DNA of 63,257 nt, the filler included, from Octopus bimaculoides (taxonomy: Eukaryota): the NCBI RefSeq assembly GCF_001194135.2. It is 10 parts of 9 records of this genome, joined end to end, with 100 filler letters (N's around TTAATTAATTAA, not from the genome) between each part and the next. Parts side by side here need not be neighbours in the genome. Positions count along the whole stretch, not along the records: positions 1 to 17,201 come from NC_068988.1; positions 17,302 to 25,893 come from NC_068982.1; positions 25,994 to 35,650 come from NC_068993.1; 7 more parts are not named here. One strand, given 5' to 3'. This document shows, piece after piece, positions 11,561 to 26,053 of this stretch (position 1 is the first letter of the stretch; each line of letters opens with the position of its first letter). A model generated the notes under the pieces. That model was not told where the DNA came from and made no database searches. It worked only from the letters and a program-made list of their open reading frames with translations. A program made the position numbers and the translations under genes.

Positions 11561-14500
11561 TTATATATACACATATTCACATACATAATATGGATTTGAA
11601 ACATACATGTCTTCGTACGTGTCTTCATTGACAAATGGTTCATCGCAGATTGCAGAAGACTTCGAAATATTTTCGGAGTCTGATCTATATATTTTGTGTG
11701 CGCTGTATTTATTCAATTGCATACATTTTCTTTATATGAGAAGTTATTTAATCATGTTCTTTCTATATTAAACTTACAAACCTAGTCATCTTGGAAAAAG
11801 TAAATCCAGTACAACGTTACATAAAGCAGCCATAACGAAACTGCTATTGGTATACTGGATGTTTGAGGGTTAAAACATCAGGCAGTGCTAGAACGTACAT
11901 AGTAAACAAACTATAGATCCCATGTCTCTTCACATTTCTTCCCCAAATGTATTAAAGTAGAATAGCTGGAACTGAAAAAATCTCCTAAAGAAGCTGAAGA
12001 TCAGCTGAAGATGCTGACGGTCTGTTAGATAACGGAATCGTAACAAATCAACGTCGATTGTCCATCCATGCTCAACTCAAATTCCAAGATACATATTAGC
12101 ACACACGCTTACACACAGAGACATACAAACACATACACAGACGCATGCATTCACACACGTACACGAACACTTCGGGATTCTTTAACCTTTCAATTATCCC
12201 CAACGAAATCCACATACACAAGGCATTAGTAGACATGGGTTTTAAATTTGAAAGCATTTTGCAGTATTGCACAGTGGGACTGAATCTAGGATACATGATT
12301 GGAAAGCAAGCTTCTTGCCCACACTGTCATAATTGAACCTATACATAGAATAAATTTTGAAAGCAGATGAGTATTGAAGACAAGAGAACTCGAACGTAAG
12401 AGCAAGATTTAATTTACATGTCACCTTAATAAAAAGTATTTAGCGGCTGTATTTATATAAGGAAACGAATGTACAGCCCTAAAGGTAAAATACTGAAACA
12501 AATATGATAGTTTTAAAATAAATATATTGGATCGGTATAAACAGAAGCTCTATTAAATATACTTTGTTTTATGAGTTGTATATTGGATCTAACTAGTGTG
12601 AGATAGATATGACTAACCGGAGGTTTCGAACATATACGTTATGTCATATTATCAAATATGGTTATACAATTATTGATTTGCAACTAACAATTTCCTTTTA
12701 AAATATCTATTTAGGAAGCTAATTTTATTATAGATAACGTTATTATAGCAATCCGCCTACTGTGATTGAACGCAAACTAATATTCATATATATAACAACT
12801 ATTTCAGACTATGCAAATAAGCATTCTAATTTGTATTCACCCTTAATTTAATCTACTTTAATGTTATCATATATGCTATTTTCTAATTTATAGTTGAATA
12901 TATTCACCTTACCAAATTTTCTTTAATTTGATATCATATGTATAAATCATAAAATACCAGATTAATTATACTAAATTTTCAGCATATATAGAATTTTCAT
13001 GAATTTTAATATGAAATTTACATAAATATGTTATTAATCTGATAAAACACTAACAAATATGTTATTTAAGGATACGCATTTTATATGCATCTATTTTTGT
13101 TTGTGAGTAAGAACGTGACTTTTGGCATGGAAATCAAGTGATTCTATTCTTTTCAGGTGACCAAGATAATCGCCTCCAGTATGTAGTATCATACAAAGAA
13201 TTATATTTTGTCGCTGTTTTGTCGATTCATTCAAGTAAAGTTAACTGATTAATGGAGTTGAAACTCGAACAAACAGAAAACCTTTTTATTTATCTTCATT
13301 GCGATCCTTGCAATTTGATAAACTAGATTGATATTCACATCTAAGAAAACACTGAAAATTGTGGTTGTGATTAAAACTTTTGATAAATAAAATTTAACTG
13401 CCGCATGTATTAAGTTCTGTTTTCTCTTTTGCACTTATCTGTAATCTTATTCCACAACTGTCCAGTGTCACATAGAAATAAGTAACAAACAGTTCAAGAT
13501 GCAGATATAAGCCTTTCTATATTCATTAACTAAAGACTAAACGCCATCAAATAATTTTCTAGCTGACATGTTTTATTGAGAAGGTGGTATGAATCAGGTC
13601 TATGTGATAGGATGCCTAAGTGTTTTAGAATGCAACCACCTTCATCTCTCCGCAGATAATTTCAGCTTCAGATAAATGCAGTATTCTCCCAGGCCGGTAA
13701 TACTCAGAATATCGGAGTTAATTTAATACAGATCATCAAAAAAGTAAACTCCCTAAACAATTACAAGTCAAAATCCACACAATAACCTAATATACACATT
13801 CTCAACAATAAAACAAATGTTGTAGCTGAAGTAAAACCAATAAACATAAAAGACTTATTAACATCATCTCCAAAACACTCAATAAAACGTACGAGAGAAC
13901 GTGAATGGTGCTAATCACTTTTTGTAACGAAAGAACAACGGACAGCCTCATATTTTTCAGCCCTAGATGCAGATTACGTGACACTGCTATGAGTAAAATA
14001 GGCGTGCTAATAAAAGAACTGTCGATGTCACGAACTCTGCTATCTTAAAGATAAGCGTTTGAATAAATATGAATTGAAACTTCGTTCATTTCCCTCTATA
14101 ATTAGAAATGGTGTCAGGAATGTTAGTAGAAGAACCTTCGACGTATTACTCAACAGGCATCTACCCCGCTGCAAAGAGATAGTAGAAAGGAATAGTTTCT
14201 TGAGGAGACTATAATTGCACCACAAAATCTGAAACAATTAAGGAAAGAAAGTTAATCAGGTCTAATCTCCTATTCATTCAGTCAACATCTCTCTCCCGCC
14301 TCTCACCAATTCGCCAGCTTCTTTTCACAAAAATTAGAGACAGTTTTCTGCCTCAGATGAAACAGCGTTTCAGGCATAATTTTAAGGAATCTTTAATATG
14401 TATAATGTTGTATTTAGCTACCGTGTTGTAGACATTATAGCTTGTAAAATTGAAAACAACTATAGAAAAATAAAAAAGAGAACAAATTTCCACACTGAAT

Positions 14501-15385
14501 CCCATCATTCTTCACTCTACTATTAAAATACTTTGGTCTATAGAGCTACCTATTCAACTTCCTATGACAGAACGAGAATCTATCTCATCCTAATAAACAA
14601 TCATTGAACAGAAATATTTAGAAAACCTAGGCATTCATTCGGGAGCATAGAGTGTGAAACCATCATTTCTTGGTCATCTGTTATCTCGATACTCAGAGGT
14701 GAAGAAACCTGCCTCAAACATTATATTAAACAAGTTTGACAAGATTTCATCTGACGCATCTTTTACTCGCACTTATCTACTCTTTTTCATATTCTGTCAT
14801 ATACTACAATATCAATTTACAGAAAAAAAGCTGTCCAATCGTACCACTAATGTTGCTTAATAGTGCTAATTCTCAGCTACAAATGTAGCACAGCTACAAA
14901 GTTATCCCACATAATTTTGCACGGGGTAACTCACATCAATCTAATTCAACCGGCGCAGCTTCCACGCTTCCATGGTCGCTAAAGAACTGAAATATAACAT
15001 CGTCAAATAACTGTTTATATCACCACGTGGAACAGTTGCTAGAGATTCCACTTCGTATCTTACAATATCTACCTAACTTAAGGATGTTATGAAATATTAC
15101 AAGCCTATACAAAACTCTGCTTTGAGAGTGTATCCTACAAGATATGGGTCTATTTGTGGTTAGCTTTTTTCAAATTAACAGAACGCATAAATGGAAATCC
15201 GAAATATTTTTACATCTTATGATCTCAATCTGAAATTTGACGTAAGGGATATTACAGACCGATTGACGTCTACACAATTTTGAATGACATCCAGCACCGT
15301 CAAATTTTCAATGAATAAGATATTCTTGTATATACGCTAAGTTGCATTGTCTTTCAAGTGTACAATTATCCAAATATTACACGTA

Positions 15386-15680
15386 GGCACAGGCGTGGCT
15401 GGGAGGTAAGAAGTTTGCTTCTCAACAACATGTTTCCGAGTTCAGTCCCACTGCGTGGCAACTTGGATAAGTGTCTTCTACTATAGCCACGGGGTGACTA
15501 TATTTGTACTTTCAAGTATGTACTTCTCCGACTAACATCACCCGACATTTGTTGTTGGTGTTTTTACGTCCCCGTAATGTTGCGGTTCGGCATAAGTGAC
15601 CGATTCAACAAGTATCAGGCATACAAAGAATAAGTCCAGCATGGCCACAGTGAAAATTACTGAAACAAGTTAAAAAATAA
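15386..15680 (+). mobile_element. tRNA-derived SINE, family B (CORE-like)
   Basis: ggcacaggcgtggct...gagttcagtcccactgcgtggc...gtgtcttctactatagcc...agcatggccacag...gaaacaagt. Confidence 0.85.
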
Positions 15681-15834
15681 AAGACTATGTATATTATGTA
15701 TATATACTTAAAATTATACATCGAAGTTTACGCTTTATGTCTTCTATATATCTATCTATCTCTTTGTCTTTCCCTCTCTCGTTCTTTCACTCTCTCTTTC
15801 TCTCTCTCTCTATATATAAACACATATATGTATG

Positions 15835-15938
<104 letters not shown>

Positions 15939-16119
15939 ATATATGCACATATGTATATATAGAGAGAGAAAGAGAAAGAGAGGGAGAGAAAGAGAAAGAG
16001 AAAGAGAGGGAGAGACAGAGAGAGGGAAAGAAACACAGTGATAGATGGAGACAGATAGAGATACAAACACCCTCATACACTCACACATACACACTCAACA
16101 CACACATACACACATATAC

Positions 16120-16858
16120 ATGTATTTATATTCAAACCTATACATTTCATACCAATTGCAAAGTCAACAATCATAATATTCCCATTTGGGGCGAAGAAGA
16201 TCCCCATTCCACAGTTGAGCATGAGAGAAACTCACCAAATATGAATGTGTTCTGCGCCATCTTTAAGACGCATCTTCATTGCCTGTTTTTCTTTGAGGAA
16301 TATCTGACCGGTGATGTTTATCTGGAAATGCTTCAGAACTGCCTAATGGATGAGGCCATTGCAAATGGACATAAAGACTTCATTTTCAACAGGACAGGCT
16401 TCCAATGCATTGGAAGCTCACTGTGCGAGCTCTTCTCTGTGGCAATCTGCGAGGGAGATGGATCGGACGTGCCGGTGAAGACAAAGTGCTGTAGAAATGG
16501 CCTGACATGACACCTAGCGATTTTTTTTCTCTGGAGCTATGTGAATGGCCCTGTCTATGTCACCCCTCTTCCTGCAAACCCAGAGGAACACGAGCAGCGA
16601 ATCACTGCCGCACTGGAGATTGTTACCCAAGACATGCTGCAGCGTGTTTGGGACGAGCTGGATTACCGACGGTGCGCATATCAAACATTTGAGAAATCGT
16701 TGATGGAATCCACATACCTATGAATTGCTCATTCAAGTTCAGAGGAATTAATCTTATGTTGCTCAGGATTAAGCCTGTATAGTTTCATCTGCTTAGACTA
16801 TGTATTTTCTGTGATATTTACATCTTAAATGATATCAAATTTTTTGAAACACTCTATA
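16120..16858 (+). mobile_element. Tc1-like DDD transposase remnant, 3' half with right TIR
   Basis: FHTNCKVNNHNIPIWGEEDPH...SPNMNVFCAI...YLEMLQN; VYVTPLP...RITAALEIVTQDMLQRVWDELDYR; ttttgaaacactctata TIR-like end. Confidence 0.85.
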
Positions 16859-17145
16859 TAGCTAAAAGTTGCCACGCAACAGTAACGTCCCCTGATTCAT
16901 TGATTCAATGTTTTAATCACGTGAATTCACGAGAATCCACGTGAACTAAACAAAGCTGTGTTTTAAGAATAGAGGTAAACACATTTCTCCACGTGATTGG
17001 CTTGAAAATTTGTTAAGTCACTCGGATATTTTCCTGCTTTTGTTAACGTGAAACAAATGGTAGCCTTAATTCAAAAACAAGAAATTATATCCACGAATGC
17101 GGTGTTTTCCTCGTTCGACGTTTGCACACAAACACACACACACGT

Positions 17146-17201
<56 letters not shown>

Positions 17202-17316
17202 NNNNNNNNNNNNNNNNNNNNNNNNNNNNNNNNNNNNNNNNNNNNTTAATTAATTAANNNNNNNNNNNNNNNNNNNNNNNNNNNNNNNNNNNNNNNNNNN
17301 NATATATATATATATG

Positions 17317-18000
17317 CTAGCGAACGCACCCGTCCCTTGGACGGCTGAAGTTGCTTCGGTAGGTTTTTTTTTTTTTCACCAAATAATTGAACTACCGAGA
17401 AGGTTTATGAGTAGCATGGCAATCTACGTTTCCGATGAACCTAGGAACAGAAAACCAAATTGAAGGCTAGTTATTGTGGAGGTCGTTGCACTTTGATAAT
17501 CATAGAACATATAAGTTTGCAACCGATGGAAAGTAGAGTTACTGAAGTGTTTTGGGAGTAAATTATGGATAATTACTACAAAATATAGTTGTTTTACATG
17601 AAAGCGAAATATTTTGTCAGAAACAGTCACATGAATGGTGTATGGAAATTGAAGGAAGACGTTGAAACTTCCCTTCTGTGAGTTTATTTCATTCAACAGC
17701 AAAGGGAGCTATTTCTTCGGAGAGAAGTATGATTGGTACGTTCAAAAATGGCAATATAAAACCAACTTGAAAAAAGTAGAGTTAAAGGAATGTATGTGCT
17801 ACGTGCTAACTGTGTACGGTCACACTGAAACTGACTTCAGGTAACGAAAGATGAAGATATGAAGAGTTTGACTTCAGTTCACGAATACTGCTTTTAATCT
17901 TTGGCAGTTCGCAGTAAAAAGATGTCACGTTCGAAATATCATAATGGAGAGTAAATAAGCATCCTTAAAGTGAAACAATGCATTGGTAGGTAAACAGAGG
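17317..18000 (-). mobile_element. Helitron-like 3' end (hairpin + CTAG), with a possible PIF1 helicase C-terminal trace
   Basis: CTAG 17317-17320 with hairpin ccgtcc-ctt-ggacgg 17330-17344; weak VxFSVTVHSxHVA similarity to VFSHGQLYVA near 17.8 kb. Confidence 0.45.
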
Positions 18001-18189
18001 TATCAACAAATAGAAGAGAGGGAAAGAAACATCACCTTTCAAGTAACTCAGAATAGGTAAAGGTAAGCTTGACAAAGTTTAATGCTGTTTAAATATGGAG
18101 ATTGAAATTGTTTGGTGCTGGATATTCATCGCGTACAATGTTTCTAGTCAATTTAATCATCCTTTCATTTTAATAATTTTCTCAAACCA

Positions 18190-18430
18190 AGTAGAGGCAC
18201 ATGGCCTAGGGGCTAGAGCAGCGGACTCACGGTCGAGAGATCGCGGGTTCAAATCTCAGACCGGGCGATGTGTGTGTAAATGAGAGAAACACCTAAGCTC
18301 CACTCGGCTCCGGCAGAAGGTAATGGCGGACTTCTGCTGACTCTTTCGCTACAATTTTCTCTCACTCTCTCCTCCTGCATGTAGCAGCTCACCTAAGACG
18401 GACCGGTGTCCCGTCCAGATGAGGAACCTG
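18190..18430 (+). mobile_element. tRNA-derived SINE, head related to 45218
   Basis: ggcacatggcctag...gggttcaaatctcagaccgggcg...aaacacctaagctcc shared with 45218-45350. Confidence 0.8.
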
Positions 18431-19015
18431 TATGTAGCGCTCACTGCAGCGTTGGAGAGAATAAAGCTTAAGCTTTTGTAGTCGACCCCAATAGTCAAGA
18501 CCTGTCATTCCATCTATCTTTTTTGTAATTGACCTTTGAGGTAGTTCAATTTTCATGATACTTTGTTTCGTGTGGGGAGACCACAGTGGACAATAGTATT
18601 CGGGGTGGGTGTCGGACAAAAATGGATAAGTGAAGGATAATAGTGCGGATATCTCCCGATTGGAAAGTTCTGAGAATCGAGGAACACATTCAGCGGGCCT
18701 TGTTAACTTTGCTGTTTATATGAGCAGCCCAGCTTATGTTGTCCACAATTACTCCCAAGTCTCTGATGTTGTTGGATGCCATGAGAGTTTCACCTGAAGG
18801 AAGGGAATATAGGAGTTTCAGGGTATCCTCTTTTCTGAAGTGGATTAACTCAAATTTGTCCTTGTTCAACTGAATGTTATTCTTTCCTGCCCATTGGATG
18901 ATAGCCAGCAGATCTGACTGAAAACATGTCCGGTCACCCACTTTATTGGTGTCCTTCTGGATCTTGGAATCATCTGCAAAGATTCTTATGTTGCTGTGCT
19001 TGATGATGTCAATAA
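18430..19015 (-). mobile_element. CR1-group LINE reverse transcriptase C-terminal fragment
   Basis: IFADDSKI; QSDLLAIIQWAGKNNIQLNKDKF...IRDLGVIVD.ISWAAHI; WSPH...IELPQRSITKKI..LDYWGRLQKLKLYSLQR. Confidence 0.88.
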
Positions 19016-19084
19016 TTTCATTATATATATGTATATATATATTATTATTATATTATATTCTATAGATAGATAGATAGATAAATA

Positions 19085-20420
<1,336 letters not shown>

Positions 20421-20694
20421 TGCGTGTGAGTACAATCGGTCTTTATGTGTGAATCCAGTTTGTTTTCGGTCGAAAAAACCTATTTTTCGTATATTCTCTT
20501 ATCGTTGCAAGTCTCTTCAGTCGGGATTCTGTAAACACACTGTTCCAGGTCCCATTTTCCTTATTCCTTCTTAATGGCTCTTCATTAAAGTTTTATCTCT
20601 GTCTTGGAATCTGCTGCCACGAGGAAACGAGCTTAATTGATGCTAATGTCATAAAACTGCAGACCTTCAGTCAGCAACAGATGAGACCATATAA

Positions 20695-20911
20695 AGGCGG
20701 TGAGCTGGCAGAAACGGTAGCACGCCGGGCGAAATGCTTAGCGGTATTTCGTCTGTCTTTACGTCCTGAGTTCAAATGCCGCCGAGGTCGACTTTGCCTT
20801 TCATCCTTTCGGAGTCGATAAATTAAGTACCAGTTGCGTATTGGAGTCGATCTAATCGACTGGCCCCTCCCCCCAAATTTCGGGCCTTGTACCTAGAGTA
20901 GAAAAAAAAAG
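20695..20911 (+). mobile_element. tRNA-derived SINE, family A, full length
   Basis: ggcggtgagctggcagaa...gagttcaaat...gaggtcgactttgcctttcatcctttcggagtcgataaattaagtacc...A-rich tail. Confidence 0.9.
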
Positions 20912-21099
20912 AGGTGACACCATATATGTTGTGTTTGTGTTTGTGTGTGACTGTTTTTGTTTGTGTATGTAAAATTTGAGCGTCATTTGAGTATCCGTGT
21001 TTTCGTGTGATTTTTCATGTGCATAATTTTCGTTTCTATTTTTATTGTAACGCAACGTAGATTTCTTCGCTTGGTTCCGTTGTTTACATTATATTCTCT

Positions 21100-21109
21100 G
21101 CGGCCGTCT

Positions 21110-21144
<35 letters not shown>

Positions 21145-21400
21145 ATCGTCTTCTCCGTCCTTTCTGTTTCCTACTCTCTCCTTCTCCCTTCTCCCACCTC
21201 TTTCTGACGCTGCTCTCTTTCTCTCTCTCTCTCCCACTCCCTCCTTTTCTCTCTAGCTATCCCACCATGTATCTACCGCTTCCTTCCTTCCTTCTCTCTC
21301 TACCTTCTTCCTTGCCTCTCTTTCTCTCGCTCCTCCCCAACCTTTCGTCTCTCCCAGAATATCTTTCTCGTTTCTCATAATCCTTCTGCTGCTTATATCT
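21100..21400. repeat. CT-rich polypyrimidine tract upstream of the candidate start exon
   Basis: Direct reading. Confidence 0.9.
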
Positions 21401-21790
21401 CTACTCTTTCTCTTTGACCTCCTCCACGTTTCAATTTTCTTCATTCTTTCGGATGTTTCAGCCTTTGTCTTCCTTTCGCTGAAGAGCTAATATCTGGAAA
21501 TGACCATTTCTTTTCACTCTGAGTCATTTATAGGCACATTGTCATTTTGACTGGAACGATCTTTAATATCCATTTCACATCCTCCTTCCACCAAAAAAAC
21601 AATTCTTCATATGCTTTTTATTGAGTCTAAAGACCTTCAATTGTCGTTAATACTACTGAAAATGAACAGAAGTTCGTCAGAAGACATTAAAAAAAGGAAA
21701 ACGTAAGAAACGGAAGCTAAAATCTTGAAGTGGTTTTATGATATCATTTCCAAAATTGCGTCGTCTTTATTACCATTAACTGCGTCAAGA

Positions 21791-21851
21791 ATGAGTAAAG
21801 ACGAATTCACCGGTGTAACAGATGGAGCGTTCACTGCCTTTCAAGAACCAG
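21791..21851 (+). CDS. Candidate first coding exon of an unidentified gene (MSKDEFTGVTDGAFTAFQEP, phase-1 donor)
   Basis: ATG in unique sequence, 20 codons + 1 nt, donor CAG|GTATGT; no family recognised, no partner exon found. Confidence 0.45.
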
Positions 21852-23344
21852 GTATGTTTTTCAAAGAGGTAAACATGCTTAAACTATCGTGAAGTACAAT
21901 ATCTGAGCCCAGCCTACAACAGGGGCGCTTCTGCATTGGGATTTAGATCTCTTAAGGTTTTATAAAATATTTTTTTAAATGTGATTTCTCCGATTTCCTG
22001 CGTCAGGAATGTTTATAATGGATTTGAAGTAATTCCAAAAGAGTAATGAGCCATAGAAATCTTTTCAGATAAACGGGAATTATTGTCATACAGCTCAAGT
22101 TACCTATAAAAAGGAAATTGTGGTATTTTCCCCATTTTACATATATATATATATATATATACATACAGAGAAAGACAAATTTCAGCATTGCGTTATGACA
22201 AAGACTACTACAAACAGGAACAGGAAAGCAGTTTTGGAAATTCCGTGGGGTAGTGCTATCGATGGTAAATTCTGAGATTTTCATGAAAGTTTATGCAGTG
22301 TGTAATGGAACCGTGAAAGAATATCCTATCTCTCTCCGTTGGTCTCAAATGAATATAATCTGCTGGTGGCTTCTACTGTTCACCGCAAAATGCTATATAG
22401 CGTTCAATAGGCTAAATAATTTGATTCTACTCAAGTTTAATCACAATTTGAATAAATGGCAGAAACAGTTCATTATTTTGATATTGATTTCAAGGAGAAA
22501 ATAATCTTTATGTATTTCTTTTACTTTTTGTGTGGGTGGGATTTACCCAATAAAATGAAAGTATACTGAAAACATGATAAAAGTAATTTGTTAAAGACGA
22601 AACGCCATTATAAAACTGTCGATCTCAATGCTATGACAAGCGGCTGATTATAAAAGTTGTGCCCAGCAGAGGACTAATGAAAATGCTGCAAAACTATTTG
22701 TGTAAGCTGTGATAATTATTCTCCCAATTTGGTTGGGTGAACTTTTTGATGAAATAACTGTCAGCAGCAGATACAATTTCTGAAGTCCACAAAGTTAATC
22801 ATTTTCGTTCGTTCACAGTGAAACTGCACATTTTGAAACTGTCAGCTTTCTAAGACCCAACGAGAAACGCGACGGTGTGCAGTGAAGCTTGAGAAACAGA
22901 TTAAAAACAATGGAATGGTGTTAGGAATTGATGGTTTCCAAGGTCCTTCAAAACTGCTCCGGCAGTTTGGAATGACTATGTATTGTTTTGTTATCATTTT
23001 GAAAATTCTGACCAGACACCTTTAGGGTACTTTATAACGGATTTCAAAGTTTCTCTTTGATCCGGCATTTATGTATGATGTATTATTCTAATTATTTCTT
23101 CTTTCTGAGTCCTAACAGAAAGAGATATTTTCATAGTTTATGCAAACAAGTTAAGTCATAGCAGTTTACAGTCTTTAGAAATAACGAAGAAACACAAGGT
23201 TAAAACGTCTCAGAAGCAGAGAATGTCCGGGAGGAAATGATGTTTGCATCAGTAAGAAGGATAGATAACCAAATTGTTTCAATAAATTGTAGTCTGTTAA
23301 ACCTGAATCATAAACACTATACAACAATGATTATTCACTCCAAC

Positions 23345-23975
23345 TTCTTTACATTAATCGACAAAATTAAAACCAGTTACGTCGAATACAGTTCTATATT
23401 TAAGAGATGAGGAATTATGTACATTATTTACATTTGACGGATATTTGTCCTCATCTTGTTTGTTGTTAACACAACGTTTTGGTTGATATACCCTCCAGCC
23501 TTCATCAGGTGTCTTGAGGAAATTTCGAACCTGGGTTCTCATTCTTAAGGTATTTTCGATGTTGCTGTTATCATTATTATTAATAATAATTATTATTATC
23601 ATTATTATTATTATTCAGGTCACTGCCTGGAATCGAACTCGGAATCTTGGAGTTAGTAGTACGCGCTCTTAACTACTTCGCTCACGGGCATATGGCGTAG
23701 TAGTTAAGAGCGCGCGCTACTAACCCCAAGATTCCGAGTTCGATTCCAGGCAGTGACCTGAATGATGATAATAATAATAATAATAATAATAATAATAGTA
23801 TTAATAATAACATTGAAAAATACCTTAGGAAAGAGAACCCAGGTTCGAAATTTCCCCAAAACACCTGATGAAGGCTGGAGGGTATATCAGCTGAAACGTG
23901 TTAACAACAAACAAAATGAGGGTAAATATCCGTCAAATGTAAATAATTTAGAGGATAAATATCCGTCAAATGTAA
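23345..23975. mobile_element. Head-to-head pair of tRNA-headed, hammerhead-bearing (Penelope pLTR-like) non-autonomous elements
   Basis: Inverted repeat 23423-23681 / 23695-23947; A-box/B-box tRNA-like heads; CTGATGA...GAAAC cores. Confidence 0.8.
23859..23903 (+). ncRNA. Minimal type-I hammerhead ribozyme motif (3-nt loss near the cleavage site)
   Basis: aacac-CTGATGA-a-ggctg..cagct-GAAAC-gt-gtt; the mirror copy 23467-23513 (-) keeps gtt-gtgtt but has GAAA changed to AAAA. Confidence 0.7.
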
Positions 23976-24252
23976 GCAATTACAATATGCACCGACATTC
24001 ATGATAACTGTGAGCGACATATTCTGGCAGATCTGAGCCTTTAATCGTATGTTCTAAAGCAGCAATACTTAACCAGGACTATAGCGCCCCTTTGGAAAGC
24101 TGTGAGCTCCCAGGCAGACTGTAAATGTCAAGGAGGCCCTAACGAGAAGCACAGGTTCAGGAGGTTGTGATTTTTCTGACAAATAAAATATTTAAACCAG
24201 CTGTAATACTTATATTTGAGACACATTTGAAATCATCTTTGTTGACGTTATA

Positions 24253-24662
24253 GGCGCATGTGTAACTGTGTGCTAATAAGATTGCTTGCCAACCACATGG
24301 CTGTAGGTTCAGTCCCCCTGCAAGGCTCCTTGAGCAAATGTCTTCTACTATAGCCCTGGGCTGACCAAAGCATTGTGAGTGAAAATTGAAAGAAACCTGT
24401 CGTGTACGTGTGTGTGTGTGCGTGTGTGCGTGCGTGCGTGCGTGCGTAACATTGTGTTTTTGCCCCCTTCCACCGTTTGACAACCGGTGCTGGTATGTTT
24501 ACGTCCCCGAAATATAGCAGTTCGACAAAAGGGACTGACAAACTAAGTACCAGGCTTAAACAAAATAAGTACTGGGGTCGATTCTGCCTGCTAAAAATTC
24601 TTCAAGGCAGTGCCCCAGCATGGCCACAGTCTAATGATTGAAACAAGTAAAAGAATGAAAGA
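24253..24662 (+). mobile_element. SINE family B
   Basis: Same head, CORE, (TG)n middle and gaaacaagtaaaaga tail as 49777-50190. Confidence 0.88.
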
Positions 24663-25519
24663 TTGTATGAATAGACCTGTGTGATCTTGAGAAGAAAACC
24701 GTCAGACGATAAGCCACTGAGAAAAATTGGTTTCGGTCTGATTATAATAATCTACAGAATATTCGTGAATCGACTTCTGAAATATTGGAAAAGGGTATTT
24801 GTACAATTCTATTCAACGAAAGCGAAGAATCATTGTTCGAAAGGGATTCTATGCGAATATAAGGAGCAGGCTGTGAACAACATGAGGGATCTCATGGTTA
24901 TAAAAACATCACAGTTTTCTAATACCATTTTCTGAATCGGGTACAAATTGCACAAAAATGGCAGTTTTTATGGTTCACACAAACAAGAATAATAAAATCC
25001 AACGGGTTCATCTATGACTTATGCTAAAACATAAAAGTGCAAAATTTCAATTTGCACATAAATAAAATATTTATTTATTTTATTTGATAAACGGTGTCAA
25101 ATCATGCTAAGCGTATCACCACTATGGGGCAAGTTTTCTTATCAATGCTTGGTTGCAGTAAACAATATCGTCTGCTTATATAGGACGATCTATCTGTCAC
25201 TAACCTCTTCCAAAACCATGGCACCACTATTCGGACATAATGCATTAGAATAAAGCAAGGATCAAGAAGATATTGACATTGTCCCCATCAAATCAGATTT
25301 TTCAATACCGTCTGTAGTCAATTTGATTGGAAAATGTTTTTCCGGAAGCCAAGAGCATCCTTGGAACCACTACACGCACACACACACACATCTGAGTAAC
25401 ACTAAAATGCGTTCCCTCGTTGCTTTCTTTTATGCTGCACCACTTCAAGGATGTACACACAAACGCTCATATACATACTCGTTCATTCAAAAATAAATAC
25501 CAGTGTTTCTGTATGTACA

Positions 25520-25540
25520 GATATGTGTAATTATATATAT

Positions 25541-25574
<34 letters not shown>

Positions 25575-25836
25575 TTATAAGTATATATATATGCATACAT
25601 TTATAAGTATATATATACATATATATTATATACATACATTTATAAATATATATATTATATACATACATTTATAAATATATATATTATATACATACATTTA
25701 TAAATATATATATTATATACATATATTTATAAATATATATATATATGCATACATTTATAAGTATATATATATATGCATACATTTATAAGTATATATATAT
25801 ACATACATATATAAGTGTATATATATATATATATAT

Positions 25837-25893
<57 letters not shown>
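25520..25893. repeat. AT-rich ~26-28-bp minisatellite (acatttataaatatatatattatatacat) grading into (AT)n
   Basis: Direct reading. Confidence 0.85.
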
Positions 25894-25993
25894 NNNNNNN
25901 NNNNNNNNNNNNNNNNNNNNNNNNNNNNNNNNNNNNNTTAATTAATTAANNNNNNNNNNNNNNNNNNNNNNNNNNNNNNNNNNNNNNNNNNNN

Positions 25994-26053
<60 letters not shown>

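Noticed and set aside
17246-17257. TTAATTAATTAA as a repeated biological motif or CRISPR-like repeat
   Set aside because: Always centred in exactly 100-nt gaps, so a synthetic linker; there is no repeat-spacer array in the window.
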